A DNA stretch of 64,000 nucleotides, taken from Acidimicrobiia bacterium (GTDB lineage Bacteria > Actinomycetota > Acidimicrobiia > IMCC26256 > PALSA-610). The DNA is taken from contig JBBQXS010000017.1 in the NCBI GenBank assembly GCA_038209365.1, forward strand, positions 7,111 through 71,110, read 5' to 3'. The translations under genes and the position numbers were made by a program. Positions 53,069 through 62,234 of this stretch are shown here, one piece after another (within the stretch, counting starts at the first letter, position 1; each line of letters opens with the position of its first letter). The notes below the pieces were generated by a model. The model did not search any database. It saw only the letters and a program-made list of their open reading frames with translations, and was not told the origin of the DNA.

Positions 53069-54184
53069 TCCTTGAAGAGCTCGTGGCGGGCGACGAGCGC
53101 ATCGCGCATCGCGCATCGCGGATGGCTCGCCCGGCCGGTACGGCCCACGTCGAACGGCGGCGATGCGCCGGCGCGCGAGCTCGTCGGCGGCGCGGGCCGA
53201 CGTGAGGTGTTCCTCGCGTGCGATGGCGAAGACGTGCCGGGTGGTGGCCGCGATACGTGCCACTTCGGCGTATGCGCGATCGGCGGCATAGCCGCCGGGC
53301 GCCCACTCCTGCGCGATGTTGATGATGCCGCCGGCGTTCACGACGTAATCGGGCGCGTACACGATGCCGCGGGCCTCGAGTGCTTCCCCCGCATCGTCGT
53401 CGAGCAGCTGGTTGTTGGCGGCACCGCACACGACGGCGCACCGCAAATCGACAACGGACGCGCGCGTGAGCACACCTCCGAGCGCGCACGGCGCGAACAC
53501 GTCGCAGTCCGCAGACATGACCTCGTCCGATGCGAGCACGGGGACACCGACGCCGCGTGCCTTGGGATCGTCGATGTCCCCGATCGCGACGTGGGCGCCG
53601 GCGTCGACGAGCAAGCGGGCGAGGCACGCGCCCACGTGCCCGGCACCTTGCACGACGACGCGGCGACCCGCGAGCTCGCCGGAACCGAACGCCGCCTCGC
53701 ACGCGGCTCGCATGCCGTGCAGCACCCCGAACGCGGTGACCGGCGAGGGGTCGCCCGACCCGCCGCGGGCGGGATCGACACCCGTCACCCACGGCGTCTC
53801 CCGCGCGATGCCGTCCATGTCGCGCTGGCTCGCGCCGACGTCTTCGGCTGCGAGATACCGCCCGCCGAGCACGTCGATCCAGCGGCCGAGCGATCGCAGG
53901 AACGCGTCACTGCGCGCCGCGTGGGGATCGTCCCAGAAGACGACCGCCTTGCCACCACCCTGGGGCAGGTCCGCCACCGCGGCCTTCATCGTCATCGCCT
54001 GCGACAGGCGCAGCGCGTCGGTGCGTGCGTCCTCTTCACGGGCGTAGCGCCAGAAACGGACGCCGCCGAGGGCGGGGCCCAGCACGGTGGAGTGGATCGC
54101 CACGATAGCCCGCAGGCCGACCGCGGGATCGGCGAAAGACGTCACCTGCTCGTGCTCGTAGTGCGTGTGCTCGTCGCGGAACAT
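52760..54184 (-). CDS. Leu/Val/Phe (Glu/Leu/Phe/Val family) dehydrogenase; 3' end ambiguous
   Basis: GGVRFW, QGGGKAVV catalytic Lys, and GAGHVG Rossmann. The literal ORF runs 309 nt antisense into the SDR gene. A natural stop at 53065 is reached if the heptamer repeat at 53099-53119 had two units. Confidence 0.8.
   Translation of the reverse strand: MFRDEHTHYEHEQVTSFADPAVGLRAIVAIHSTVLGPALGGVRFWRYAREEDARTDALRLSQAMTMKAAVADLPQGGGKAVVFWDDPHAARSDAFLRSLGRWIDVLGGRYLAAEDVGASQRDMDGIARETPWVTGVDPARGGSGDPSPVTAFGVLHGMRAACEAAFGSGELAGRRVVVQGAGHVGACLARLLVDAGAHVAIGDIDDPKARGVGVPVLASDEVMSADCDVFAPCALGGVLTRASVVDLRCAVVCGAANNQLLDDDAGEALEARGIVYAPDYVVNAGGIINIAQEWAPGGYAADRAYAEVARIAATTRHVFAIAREEHLTSARAADELARRRIAAVRRGPYRPGEPSAMRDARCARRPPRALQGLGVGGVAALRGTLHCLQALQDRHRFLADLAETCRNLIDRPATVLADLAHFDGLVPYRDAATVCGVDLAGDVAGVVGEQEAHHRGDVLGLTHLEPERHLSRHA
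53099..53119. repeat. (GCATCGC)x3 heptanucleotide tandem repeat inside the dehydrogenase 3' end
   Basis: Three perfect head-to-tail copies read directly from the sequence. Confidence 0.9.
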
Positions 54185-54207
54185 GGCTCCCAATACGCTA
54201 CGGCGCG

Positions 54208-55086
54208 GTGGCAGGCATCACGTTGCGTCGGGGCGACTACGAGGCGACGTTCCGTCCCGACCTCGCGATGCTCTGTACGTCGCTGAAGTACGCGGGAGAC
54301 GAGTTCGTGGCCTTGCCGCGAACGCTCGCCGAGTTCAGAGCGGGCGCCGCGACCGGGATACCGCTCGTGCATCCATGGGTCAACCGGCTCGGCGATTGGA
54401 GATATGAGATCGCGGACCGGTCGGTGTCATTGTCGGGCGCGGTGCTCCCGGTGGACGGCAACGGCCTGCCGATCCACGGCAACCTCTTCGCGATCCCGTT
54501 CGATGTCGAGCGCGAGAACAACGCGGGAATCGTCGCGCACCTCGACTACGGGCTGCACCCGGATCGCCTGCGCGCGTTCCCCTTCCCGCACGTCGTCTCC
54601 GTCGACGTCCGACTCGATGCCGATCGCGGCCTGACCATCGGTACCGAGGTACGGCCGACCGGCAACGCACCCGTGCCGATCTCATTCGGCTGGCACCCAT
54701 ACCTCAAACTTCCGCTCGGCGGCCGCCACGCGTGGGAGCTGCGTTGGCCCGCGTGCGCGCACGTCGAGGTCGACGAGCGCACGATCCCAACTGGCGCGCG
54801 CCGGGCGCGGCCGGCCGAGTCCGCACCGATCGGTGGGCGTACGTTCGACGATCACTACGCGCTCGGGGACGACCGAACGTTCGTGGTCTCGGCCGCGGAC
54901 CGTGCGTTGACCCTGCGCTTCGACGCCGCGTACCCCTACGCCCAGCTGTTCGTCCCCGCCCGGCGCCGGCTCGTCGCGATCGAACCGATGACCGCAGAGA
55001 TCGATGCACTCGGCCGCGGCACCGCTCCCCTGTGCGAACCGGGTGAGCGGTTCCGCGCGGAATTCACGATCGACGTGTCGCGATAA
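54208..55086 (+). CDS. aldose 1-epimerase-family protein
   Basis: HPWVNRL, PIHG, FGWHPY, IEPMT blocks. Confidence 0.85.
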   Translation: MAGITLRRGDYEATFRPDLAMLCTSLKYAGDEFVALPRTLAEFRAGAATGIPLVHPWVNRLGDWRYEIADRSVSLSGAVLPVDGNGLPIHGNLFAIPFDVERENNAGIVAHLDYGLHPDRLRAFPFPHVVSVDVRLDADRGLTIGTEVRPTGNAPVPISFGWHPYLKLPLGGRHAWELRWPACAHVEVDERTIPTGARRARPAESAPIGGRTFDDHYALGDDRTFVVSAADRALTLRFDAAYPYAQLFVPARRRLVAIEPMTAEIDALGRGTAPLCEPGERFRAEFTIDVSR

Positions 55087-55095
55087 CTTCCCGCC

Positions 55096-56214
55096 ATGCC
55101 CGGCGCCCTGGACGGCATCCGCATCCTCGACCTGTCATGGGGCATCGCCGGTCCGCTCGGCGTGCTGCTGCTCGCCGAGCAGGGTGCCGACGTGATCAAG
55201 GTCGAACCGCCGGACGGTGACCCGTTCCGAGCCTACGACGGCGCCCGCGTGTGGAACCGCAGCCGCCGGTCGCTGACCGTCGACCTGAAATCGGCACGAG
55301 GCAAGGACGTGTTCGACCGTCTGCTCGGCACCGCGGACGTGCTCGTCGAATCGTTCCGTCCCGGTGTGATGGAGCGGCTCGGCTTCGGCTACGACCACGT
55401 GCACGCCCACCACCCGCGTGTCGTGTTCTTGTCGTGCCCGGCGTACCCGCCCGGGCACCGCTTCGCGCAACGACCGGGCTACGACGCGCTCGTGCAGGCA
55501 AGCAGCGGACAGATGTGGGAGCAGCCCGGCTGGCGGCTGGGGCCGATCTTCTTACACATGCCGATGCCGTCGATGGGCGCGTTCTATCTCGTCTCCACCG
55601 GGGTGCTCGCCGCGTTGTTCGCACGAGAGGAGACCGGGCGCGGTCAGCACGTCACCACGTCGTTGTTCGCGGGGGCCATGCTGTACACGACACAGATCTG
55701 GCAGCACGTCGAGAAGGCGAACGCTCAGTTCCACGAGCTGATGGGCAAGTCGTACCCGCCCGGCATCCACCAGCAGATGATCTTCGAGTGCGCCGACGGG
55801 TGGGTGCACGCGTCGATCATGAGCGGCCTCACACCGACCAAGAGTCAGGACGAGATCCTCGGCATCGAGGAGGCTCCCGACGCGTTCACGTTCATGTCGC
55901 TGCCGGCCGAGGAGCGCGAGAAGTTCAATGCGCGTCGGCGCGAGAAGTTCAAGGAGTGGAAGCGCGATGAGATCGTCGCCGCGTTCCAGGCGCACAATCA
56001 CGCGATCGAAGCCATCATCACGCCCGACGAGCAGTTCTCACACCCGCAGCTGATCGCGAACGGCATGGTGCAGACCATTGTCGATCCGGTCGTGGGCGAG
56101 ACGACGCAGATCGGCACACCGCTGCACATGTTCGGCACGCCGACCGCGATCCAGGGCCCACAGCCCCTGCCGGGCGAGCACAACGATGAGATCCTGAAGG
56201 AGCTCGGATTGTGA
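55096..56214 (+). CDS. family III CoA-transferase (CaiB/BaiF)
   Basis: GIRILDLSWGIAGPLG...GADVIKVEPP; ESFRPGV. Confidence 0.9.
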   Translation: MPGALDGIRILDLSWGIAGPLGVLLLAEQGADVIKVEPPDGDPFRAYDGARVWNRSRRSLTVDLKSARGKDVFDRLLGTADVLVESFRPGVMERLGFGYDHVHAHHPRVVFLSCPAYPPGHRFAQRPGYDALVQASSGQMWEQPGWRLGPIFLHMPMPSMGAFYLVSTGVLAALFAREETGRGQHVTTSLFAGAMLYTTQIWQHVEKANAQFHELMGKSYPPGIHQQMIFECADGWVHASIMSGLTPTKSQDEILGIEEAPDAFTFMSLPAEEREKFNARRREKFKEWKRDEIVAAFQAHNHAIEAIITPDEQFSHPQLIANGMVQTIVDPVVGETTQIGTPLHMFGTPTAIQGPQPLPGEHNDEILKELGL

Positions 56215-57425
56215 GAGCACTCGAGGGTGTGCGGCTCGTCGACTTCGGCCAATACCTGGCCGGTCCCTTCGGCCCGATGATCATCGCTGATCTGGGCGCC
56301 GAGGTGATCAAGGTCGAGCCGGTCACGGGCGACGGCATGCGCATGGCGGGCAAGCCCTTCTTCGGCTGCCAGCGAGGCAAGCGCGACATCGCCCTCAACA
56401 TCAAGGACGAACGCGGTCTCGCAATCGCGCGCGAGCTCATTGCGACCGCGGACGTCGTCCATCACAACATGACCGCCGGTGTGGCAACCAAGCTCGGTAT
56501 CGACTACGAGGCATGCCGGGCCGTGAAGCCGGACATCGTCTACTGCAACACGTGGGCATACGGCCTCGAGGGTCCGCTGGCGCGCTTCGGGGGACTCGAT
56601 CCGCTGTACCAGGCGTCGTCCGGTCTCGAGCACGAGTCGGGTGCCGTGCGCGAAGGCAATACACCGATCTACTACCGGTTCGGCATGTGTGACGCGTCGA
56701 ACGCGATGCTGTCGGTCGTCGCGGTCCTCTCGGCGCTCTATCACCGCAAGCGCACCGGCGAAGGACAAGAGGTGTGGACGTCACTGTTCGACGGTGGCGC
56801 GATCTTCACGTCGGACGCGCACCTCGTGAACGGCACGCCGGCGACGCGGCCCCACCTCGACAAGGAGCTCGCCGGCGTCTCGGCGACCTACCGCCTGTAC
56901 CGCACGCAGGACGACAACTGGATCTGCGTCGCCGCAGTCAAGGATCGCGACTTCGAAGCGCTCTGCAAAGTCCTCGGCGTACCGGAGCTTGCGGCCGACG
57001 CGCGCTTCGCGTCCGGCGCCGGCCGGCAGAAACACAGGCGGCAGCTCGAGACGGTGCTCGAACCTCGCTTCCGCACGAAGACCGCGACCTTCTGGACGCG
57101 TACGCTCGACGACGCGGGCGTGCCGAACGAGGTGCCGGTCGACACACACGGCGGGGAGCTCCCGCTGTTCGACGCCGACAATGTCGCGCTCGGGCTCGTC
57201 GCGCGCTACGAGCATCCGCTGCTCGGCGACATGCGCCAATTCGGCGAGCTCATTCAGTTCTCGGAGACACCGGGACTGATCGCCGGGCCTCCGCCGCTCG
57301 TCGGCCAGCACACGCGCGCGATCCTGAGCGAGCAGGGCCATCCCGACGATGCGATCGACGCGCTGATCGCAGCCGGCGTGTGCTACGAGCCGGACGAGCA
57401 CTACGCGGCGCGGTTCGCGAACTAA
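56211..57425 (+). CDS. family III CoA-transferase (CaiB/BaiF)
   Basis: GVRLVDFGQYLAGPFG...GAEVIKVEP. 4-nt overlap with the upstream paralog. Confidence 0.9.
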   Translation: MRALEGVRLVDFGQYLAGPFGPMIIADLGAEVIKVEPVTGDGMRMAGKPFFGCQRGKRDIALNIKDERGLAIARELIATADVVHHNMTAGVATKLGIDYEACRAVKPDIVYCNTWAYGLEGPLARFGGLDPLYQASSGLEHESGAVREGNTPIYYRFGMCDASNAMLSVVAVLSALYHRKRTGEGQEVWTSLFDGGAIFTSDAHLVNGTPATRPHLDKELAGVSATYRLYRTQDDNWICVAAVKDRDFEALCKVLGVPELAADARFASGAGRQKHRRQLETVLEPRFRTKTATFWTRTLDDAGVPNEVPVDTHGGELPLFDADNVALGLVARYEHPLLGDMRQFGELIQFSETPGLIAGPPPLVGQHTRAILSEQGHPDDAIDALIAAGVCYEPDEHYAARFAN

Positions 57426-57516
57426 TTGACGAGCGGTGGTCTCGTGCTCTTCGGCGATCGCGAACTACCTGGTCGCGCGTGCGTTGGTCCTTCTCGCGCG
57501 TGCCTTAGCGCATCTA

Positions 57517-57666
57517 CTAGGAGTAACGCTCGATCAGCGTTCGGTGTCCGTTGAAGTTGTAGTCGCCCACCGCGAAGCAACTTGTCGTGCCGGTACACGT
57601 CACGCCGGACAGCGCGCTCGACGTCGCGCCGACATCGCATGAGTTGGAAGCGTGCGGCGGCATCGG
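57517..57666 (-). other. extra, degenerate repeat unit lying in frame after the TAG stop of the Cys-pair repeat protein
   Basis: Reading through TAG 57667-57669 gives PMPPHASNSCDVGATSSALSGVTCTGTTSCFAVGDYNFNGHRTLIERYS-stop, i.e. one more LSGVxCTxxTSCFAVG unit. Confidence 0.5.
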
Positions 57667-59886
57667 CTACGTAGGACGCTCGATCAGGGTCTGGCTCGCC
57701 GTAAAGCGGCTGTTGATGAAGGATCCGGCGGCGAAGCAGTTGGTCGTACTCGTACACGAGACTCCGCGAAGTTGAGGGAGTCGGGCGCCGGCGGGATTTT
57801 GGCTCGACACCACCGTCGACGTCGTGCCGTTCCATTGCTCAACCAACGTGGACTCGCCGCTGGAAGTGTTGTACGTCCCGACGGCGAAACAATTGGTGGC
57901 GCTCGTACACGACACCGCGAAGAGTTGGCTGGACCGCGCGCCGGTAGGGGTCTGGCTCGATACGATCGACCAACCCCCGGCGTTTCGCCGTTCCACCAAC
58001 GGGCGGAGCACGTTCGCGCTCGTGAAATCTCCAACGCCGACGCAGTCAGTCTCGCTCGTACACGACACCCCGGTGAACTCGCTCGACTGCGCGCCGGCAG
58101 GATCCGGGCTGGACCCGAGCACGAAGCTCGTGCCGTTCCAACGCTCGATCAGCGTGTGGCTCACCGATGAGGTCACCGAGCGTCCGACCGCGAAGCAATT
58201 CGTCGCGCTCGTACACGACACCCCGGCAAGTTGGCTGAACGATGCGCCGGACGGGTTCGGGCTCGACACGACCGTCCAGCTCGTGCCGTTCCATCGCTCC
58301 ACCAACGTGCGGGTCCCGCCCGAAGTGTTGAAGTACCCGACGGCTACGCAGTTCGTCGCGCTCGTGCACGACACCCCCGACAGTGATTTGCCTGCCGGGT
58401 TTGGACTCGACACGATCGTCCAGCTGCTGCCGTTCCAGCGCTCGATCAACGCGCCCCCAGACGATGTGCCGACGGCGAAACAGTTCGTCGCGCTCGTGCA
58501 CGACACTCCCAAGAGTTCAGGGGACGATGCGCCGGACGGATTCGGGCTGGTCACGATCGTCCAGCTGGTGCCGTTCCATCGCTCTACCAACGTGCGGTAC
58601 ACGTTTGAGTCGTAGTAGGTGCCGACGGCGAAGCAGCTCGTCGTGCTCGTGCACGACACCCCGGACAGCTTGGCCTGCGTCGGCCCAGGAGGGTTCGGGC
58701 TTGCCACGATCGTCCAGCTGGTGCCGTTCCACCGCTCTACCAAGGTGCGGCTGGTAGTGCCAACGCCGGGGCTGCCGACGGCGAAGCAGCTCGTCGCGCT
58801 CGCGCACGACACACCAGACAGCACATTACCGTTTGGGTCCGATGTGTTCGGGCTCGACACGATCGTCCAACTGGTGCCGTTCCACCGCTCCACCAAGGTG
58901 CGGCGAGCGGTTGACGCGAAGCTCCCGACCGCATCACAGCTCGTCGCGTTCGTGCACGACACACCGGACAGCTTGCTCTGCGATGCGCCCGACGGGTTCG
59001 GGCTGGCCACGATCGTCCAGCTGGTCCCGTTCCAGCGCTCCACCAACGTACGGCTGACGCTGGAGCCGGTGAAGCCTCCGACGGCGAAGCAACTCGTCGC
59101 GCTCGTGCACGACACGGCCGAAAGGTCACTCGACGATGCGCCCGACGGGTTCGGGCTGGCCACGACCGTCCAGCTGGTGCCGTTCCATCGTTCCACCAAC
59201 GTACGGCCCACGCCGGCGCTGAAGACGCCTCCGACGGCGAAGCAGTTCGTCGTGCTCGTGCAAGACACAGCCACAAGTTGGCTGCCCGACGGGTTCGGGC
59301 TGGCGACGATCGTCCAGCTGGTGCCGTTCCAGCGCTCGACCAGCGTGCCGAGTGCTGAGTTGCCGACGGCGAAGCAGTTCGTCGTGCTCGTGCACGACAC
59401 CCCGGACAGTTGGCTGAACGATGCGCCCGACGGGTTCGGGCTGGCGACGACCGTCCAGCTGGTGCCATTCCACTGCTCGACCAACGTCGTTTGAGTATTC
59501 GTCGTTCCCGAGTTGCCGACGGCGAAGCAACTCGTCGCGCTCGTGCACGACACCCCGGACAGTTGCGTGAACGTTGCGCCTGACGGATTCGGGCTCGACA
59601 CTCGCGTCCAGTTGGTGCCGTTCCACCGCTCGATCAAAGCGGTGGGGAAGCCCGCTGCATTGGTGAAGTCTCCGACGGCGAAACAACTCGTGGTCGTCGC
59701 GCATGACACGCTGACCAGGTGGGCGTTTGGTTGCCCTGGGGGATTAGGGCTGGCCACAATCGTCCACGTCACCGCCGCGTTCGCCGGCGTGCCCAACGCA
59801 ACCAGGCCGAGCACAACGAAGACCGCGATTCGCGCTCTCGTCACACGCCCGCGCGTACCGACGCGTTCGCGCCTCGATACTTCCAT
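57667..59886 (-). CDS. secreted protein with about 15 tandem ~47-aa Cys-pair repeats (beta-propeller-like)
   Basis: Signal peptide (RIAVFVVLGLVALGTPANA). Repeats of TLVERWNGTSWTIVASPNPSGAS..LSGVSCTSATSCFAVG. Confidence 0.8.
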   Translation of the reverse strand: MEVSRRERVGTRGRVTRARIAVFVVLGLVALGTPANAAVTWTIVASPNPPGQPNAHLVSVSCATTTSCFAVGDFTNAAGFPTALIERWNGTNWTRVSSPNPSGATFTQLSGVSCTSATSCFAVGNSGTTNTQTTLVEQWNGTSWTVVASPNPSGASFSQLSGVSCTSTTNCFAVGNSALGTLVERWNGTSWTIVASPNPSGSQLVAVSCTSTTNCFAVGGVFSAGVGRTLVERWNGTSWTVVASPNPSGASSSDLSAVSCTSATSCFAVGGFTGSSVSRTLVERWNGTSWTIVASPNPSGASQSKLSGVSCTNATSCDAVGSFASTARRTLVERWNGTSWTIVSSPNTSDPNGNVLSGVSCASATSCFAVGSPGVGTTSRTLVERWNGTSWTIVASPNPPGPTQAKLSGVSCTSTTSCFAVGTYYDSNVYRTLVERWNGTSWTIVTSPNPSGASSPELLGVSCTSATNCFAVGTSSGGALIERWNGSSWTIVSSPNPAGKSLSGVSCTSATNCVAVGYFNTSGGTRTLVERWNGTSWTVVSSPNPSGASFSQLAGVSCTSATNCFAVGRSVTSSVSHTLIERWNGTSFVLGSSPDPAGAQSSEFTGVSCTSETDCVGVGDFTSANVLRPLVERRNAGGWSIVSSQTPTGARSSQLFAVSCTSATNCFAVGTYNTSSGESTLVEQWNGTTSTVVSSQNPAGARLPQLRGVSCTSTTNCFAAGSFINSRFTASQTLIERPT

Positions 59887-60142
59887 CGCAATCCCCGCAA
59901 ACGTCAGATGACAGCGCACCAAACGCCAAATCTCACTCGTCGCTATCACCGGATCGTGTGACTTGTCAATCGGCTGCCCGCTCGCCCGCGCTGGTCAACG
60001 CAGTCAAGGCGACTCGAAACTCACGCGCCGCAGTAGTTGCAGCCTTCGCGCCTCTCGACAATCCACGCCAACGGGTCGCCTTCGTGACGTAGCTCCGCCC
60101 GTGCCGTCCAGACCGTGCGGCCGCACCTCGTAGTGCGAGCAA

Positions 60143-62083
60143 CTACGGCGTGAGCATCAGATCCACGGCCCACGCGCCGGTCGCGGAGCCGTAGTACTTC
60201 GCGGCGCCGAACGCATACACCGCGCCGTCCTGGCCGAGCATGTAGTAGCCGTCGCTGCTCTTCAGTGCACGCATGCGCACGGTCGGCACGTACGACGCGC
60301 CGGCGCTGCGGATGCCCGGAAGGCTGCCCTTGAACGGGACATTGAACGCGAAGATCCCGCCGTCGACGGCGACCATCCAGTAGCCGGCGCCGTTTGCGGC
60401 CGCGGTCATCGAACGCACGGGCGCGGCGAGTCGCATGTTGCCCGTCGAGCCGTGGAACTTCGCATTCCCGAACGAGAACACCCCGCCGTCCGCCGCGACG
60501 AACCAGTATCCGCGACCTTCGCGCGTCATCGTCATGTCGAGCACGGGTGCGTTGAGCCTCCATCCGCCGGTCGACCCGTAGAACCGCGCGTCGCCGAAGC
60601 TGAAGATGCCGCCGTCCGTGCCGAGCAAGATGTAACCCCGCCCCGTGGGCGTCGCGGCCATACCAACGATCTGACCGGTGAGGTGTCGCCCACTCATCGA
60701 GCCGTGGAACTTCGCGTCTCCGAACGAGTACACCGCACCGTCGGACCCGACGAGCCAGTAACCCCTACCCGTTGGTGTGCGCGCCCCGGCAACGATCGAT
60801 GCCGAGTGCGGGACGTGCGCGAGGTCCCCGTGGAACGTGGCGCCGCCGAAGGTGCGCACGCGTCCGTCCGCGGTGATGATCCAATACCCCTTGCCCGTGG
60901 AGCCGTTACTAGGACCGTTGTCGGGGGCGGGGAGGGCTGCCGCGACCGCGGCGCGCGGATTGACGAGCCCGTAGCCGAAGGTGTCGTCGCGTCCGGACGA
61001 ACCGAGATCACGTGCCGTCGTCTGGAGGAAATGCCGGACCTCCCCGGCCGTGAGCGACGGGTCCGCGGCAACGATGAGTGCGGCCGCCGCCGACGCGTAC
61101 GGCGTCGCCATCGAGGTGCCGCTCATCCACTGATAGTCATGTGTGTTGGCGCCGTAGGTCGACAGGATCATCTCGCCCGGGGCGGCGACGTCGACATAGG
61201 AGCCGGTATTCGAGAAGGACGCGTGACCCAATGACTGGTTCACCGCGGCCACAGCGATCGCTTCGGGATATGCAGCCGGGTACGTCGGCGCGTTCCCTTG
61301 CTGGTAGGAGTTGCCGGCGGCCGCGAGCACCACCGCGCGCTTGTCGTGCGCGTACTGCATCGCGGCTTGCATGCCCGGGGACGGACCGCCGCCCAGGCTC
61401 AGATTGATGACCCGCGCGCCGTGGTCGGCGGCCCAGATGATTCCTTCGGCGACGTCTGACGCCACCCCGCTGCCGTGGGCGTCGAGCACGCGCACGGGCA
61501 TGATCTTGACGGCGGGCGCCGCGCCGGCGATGCCCAGACCGTTGTCGGTGCGGGCGCCGATGATGCCGGCGACGTGGGTGCCGTGACCGCCCGGATCCAC
61601 CCTGCCCGTGCCGTCCGGGTCGACGCTGTGGGCGTCGGAGGCGAGGTCGGTGCCGGGGATCACCGCGCCGACGAGGTCCTGGTGGGATCCGAGCACTCCC
61701 GTGTCGACGACGGCGACGGTCACCCCCGAGCCGCGTTCCGCCGGCCAGGCAGCCTCGAAGGACGTCTCGTCGAGCGCCCACTGCTGGCTCCGCAACGGAT
61801 CGCCGAGTTGGGCAACGGGTTGTTCGTCCTCGGTGCTGAGCACCTGCGTGTCGGTCCGGCCGAGCTGCACGTCCATCCGGGCGATTGCCGCGCGCAACCC
61901 GCGCACGACGTGCATCCGGCCGTCGCCGGCGCGGGTGACGACCCAGAGCCGGGCCGTCGCCGAGTCGTCGGCGCGTGCGGGCGTACCGCTCGCGAGCAGG
62001 GCCGCTATGCACACGAGTGCCGGTGCCACGTACCGCAGCAATCGAGGCCGCGCGTGACCGTTTTGTCCGCCTCCACAACGCAT
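60143..62083 (-). CDS. secreted S8 subtilisin-like serine protease with a C-terminal ~40-aa repeat domain
   Basis: Catalytic D (VAVVDTGV), H (GHGTHVAG) and S (SGTSMATP). Tail of 6-7 repeats GYWxVxxDGGVFxFGxAxFxGS. Confidence 0.9.
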   Translation of the reverse strand: MRCGGGQNGHARPRLLRYVAPALVCIAALLASGTPARADDSATARLWVVTRAGDGRMHVVRGLRAAIARMDVQLGRTDTQVLSTEDEQPVAQLGDPLRSQQWALDETSFEAAWPAERGSGVTVAVVDTGVLGSHQDLVGAVIPGTDLASDAHSVDPDGTGRVDPGGHGTHVAGIIGARTDNGLGIAGAAPAVKIMPVRVLDAHGSGVASDVAEGIIWAADHGARVINLSLGGGPSPGMQAAMQYAHDKRAVVLAAAGNSYQQGNAPTYPAAYPEAIAVAAVNQSLGHASFSNTGSYVDVAAPGEMILSTYGANTHDYQWMSGTSMATPYASAAAALIVAADPSLTAGEVRHFLQTTARDLGSSGRDDTFGYGLVNPRAAVAAALPAPDNGPSNGSTGKGYWIITADGRVRTFGGATFHGDLAHVPHSASIVAGARTPTGRGYWLVGSDGAVYSFGDAKFHGSMSGRHLTGQIVGMAATPTGRGYILLGTDGGIFSFGDARFYGSTGGWRLNAPVLDMTMTREGRGYWFVAADGGVFSFGNAKFHGSTGNMRLAAPVRSMTAAANGAGYWMVAVDGGIFAFNVPFKGSLPGIRSAGASYVPTVRMRALKSSDGYYMLGQDGAVYAFGAAKYYGSATGAWAVDLMLTP

Positions 62084-62234
62084 AGCGTGGCATCGGCACG
62101 CCGAGTGGTCGCCTCAAGACCCTGAACCCCGAATTGACCACCAGTTGTGGTGCGCCGTTGTGGTGAGCCAGTTGTGGTGAGGAAGTGTCCGGCCTGTGCG
62201 GGGTGAGCCCCGGATCAGGCGGGATCCCGCGGCG

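Noticed and set aside
57500-59950. Regularly spaced DNA repeats that could be mistaken for a CRISPR array (also the 50-bp x3 repeat at 44727-44876).
   Set aside because: The repeats at 57500-59950 are in-frame coding units of about 140 bp with diverged sequence and no unique spacers. The 44.7-kb repeat is strictly head to tail without spacers. No cas genes are in the window.
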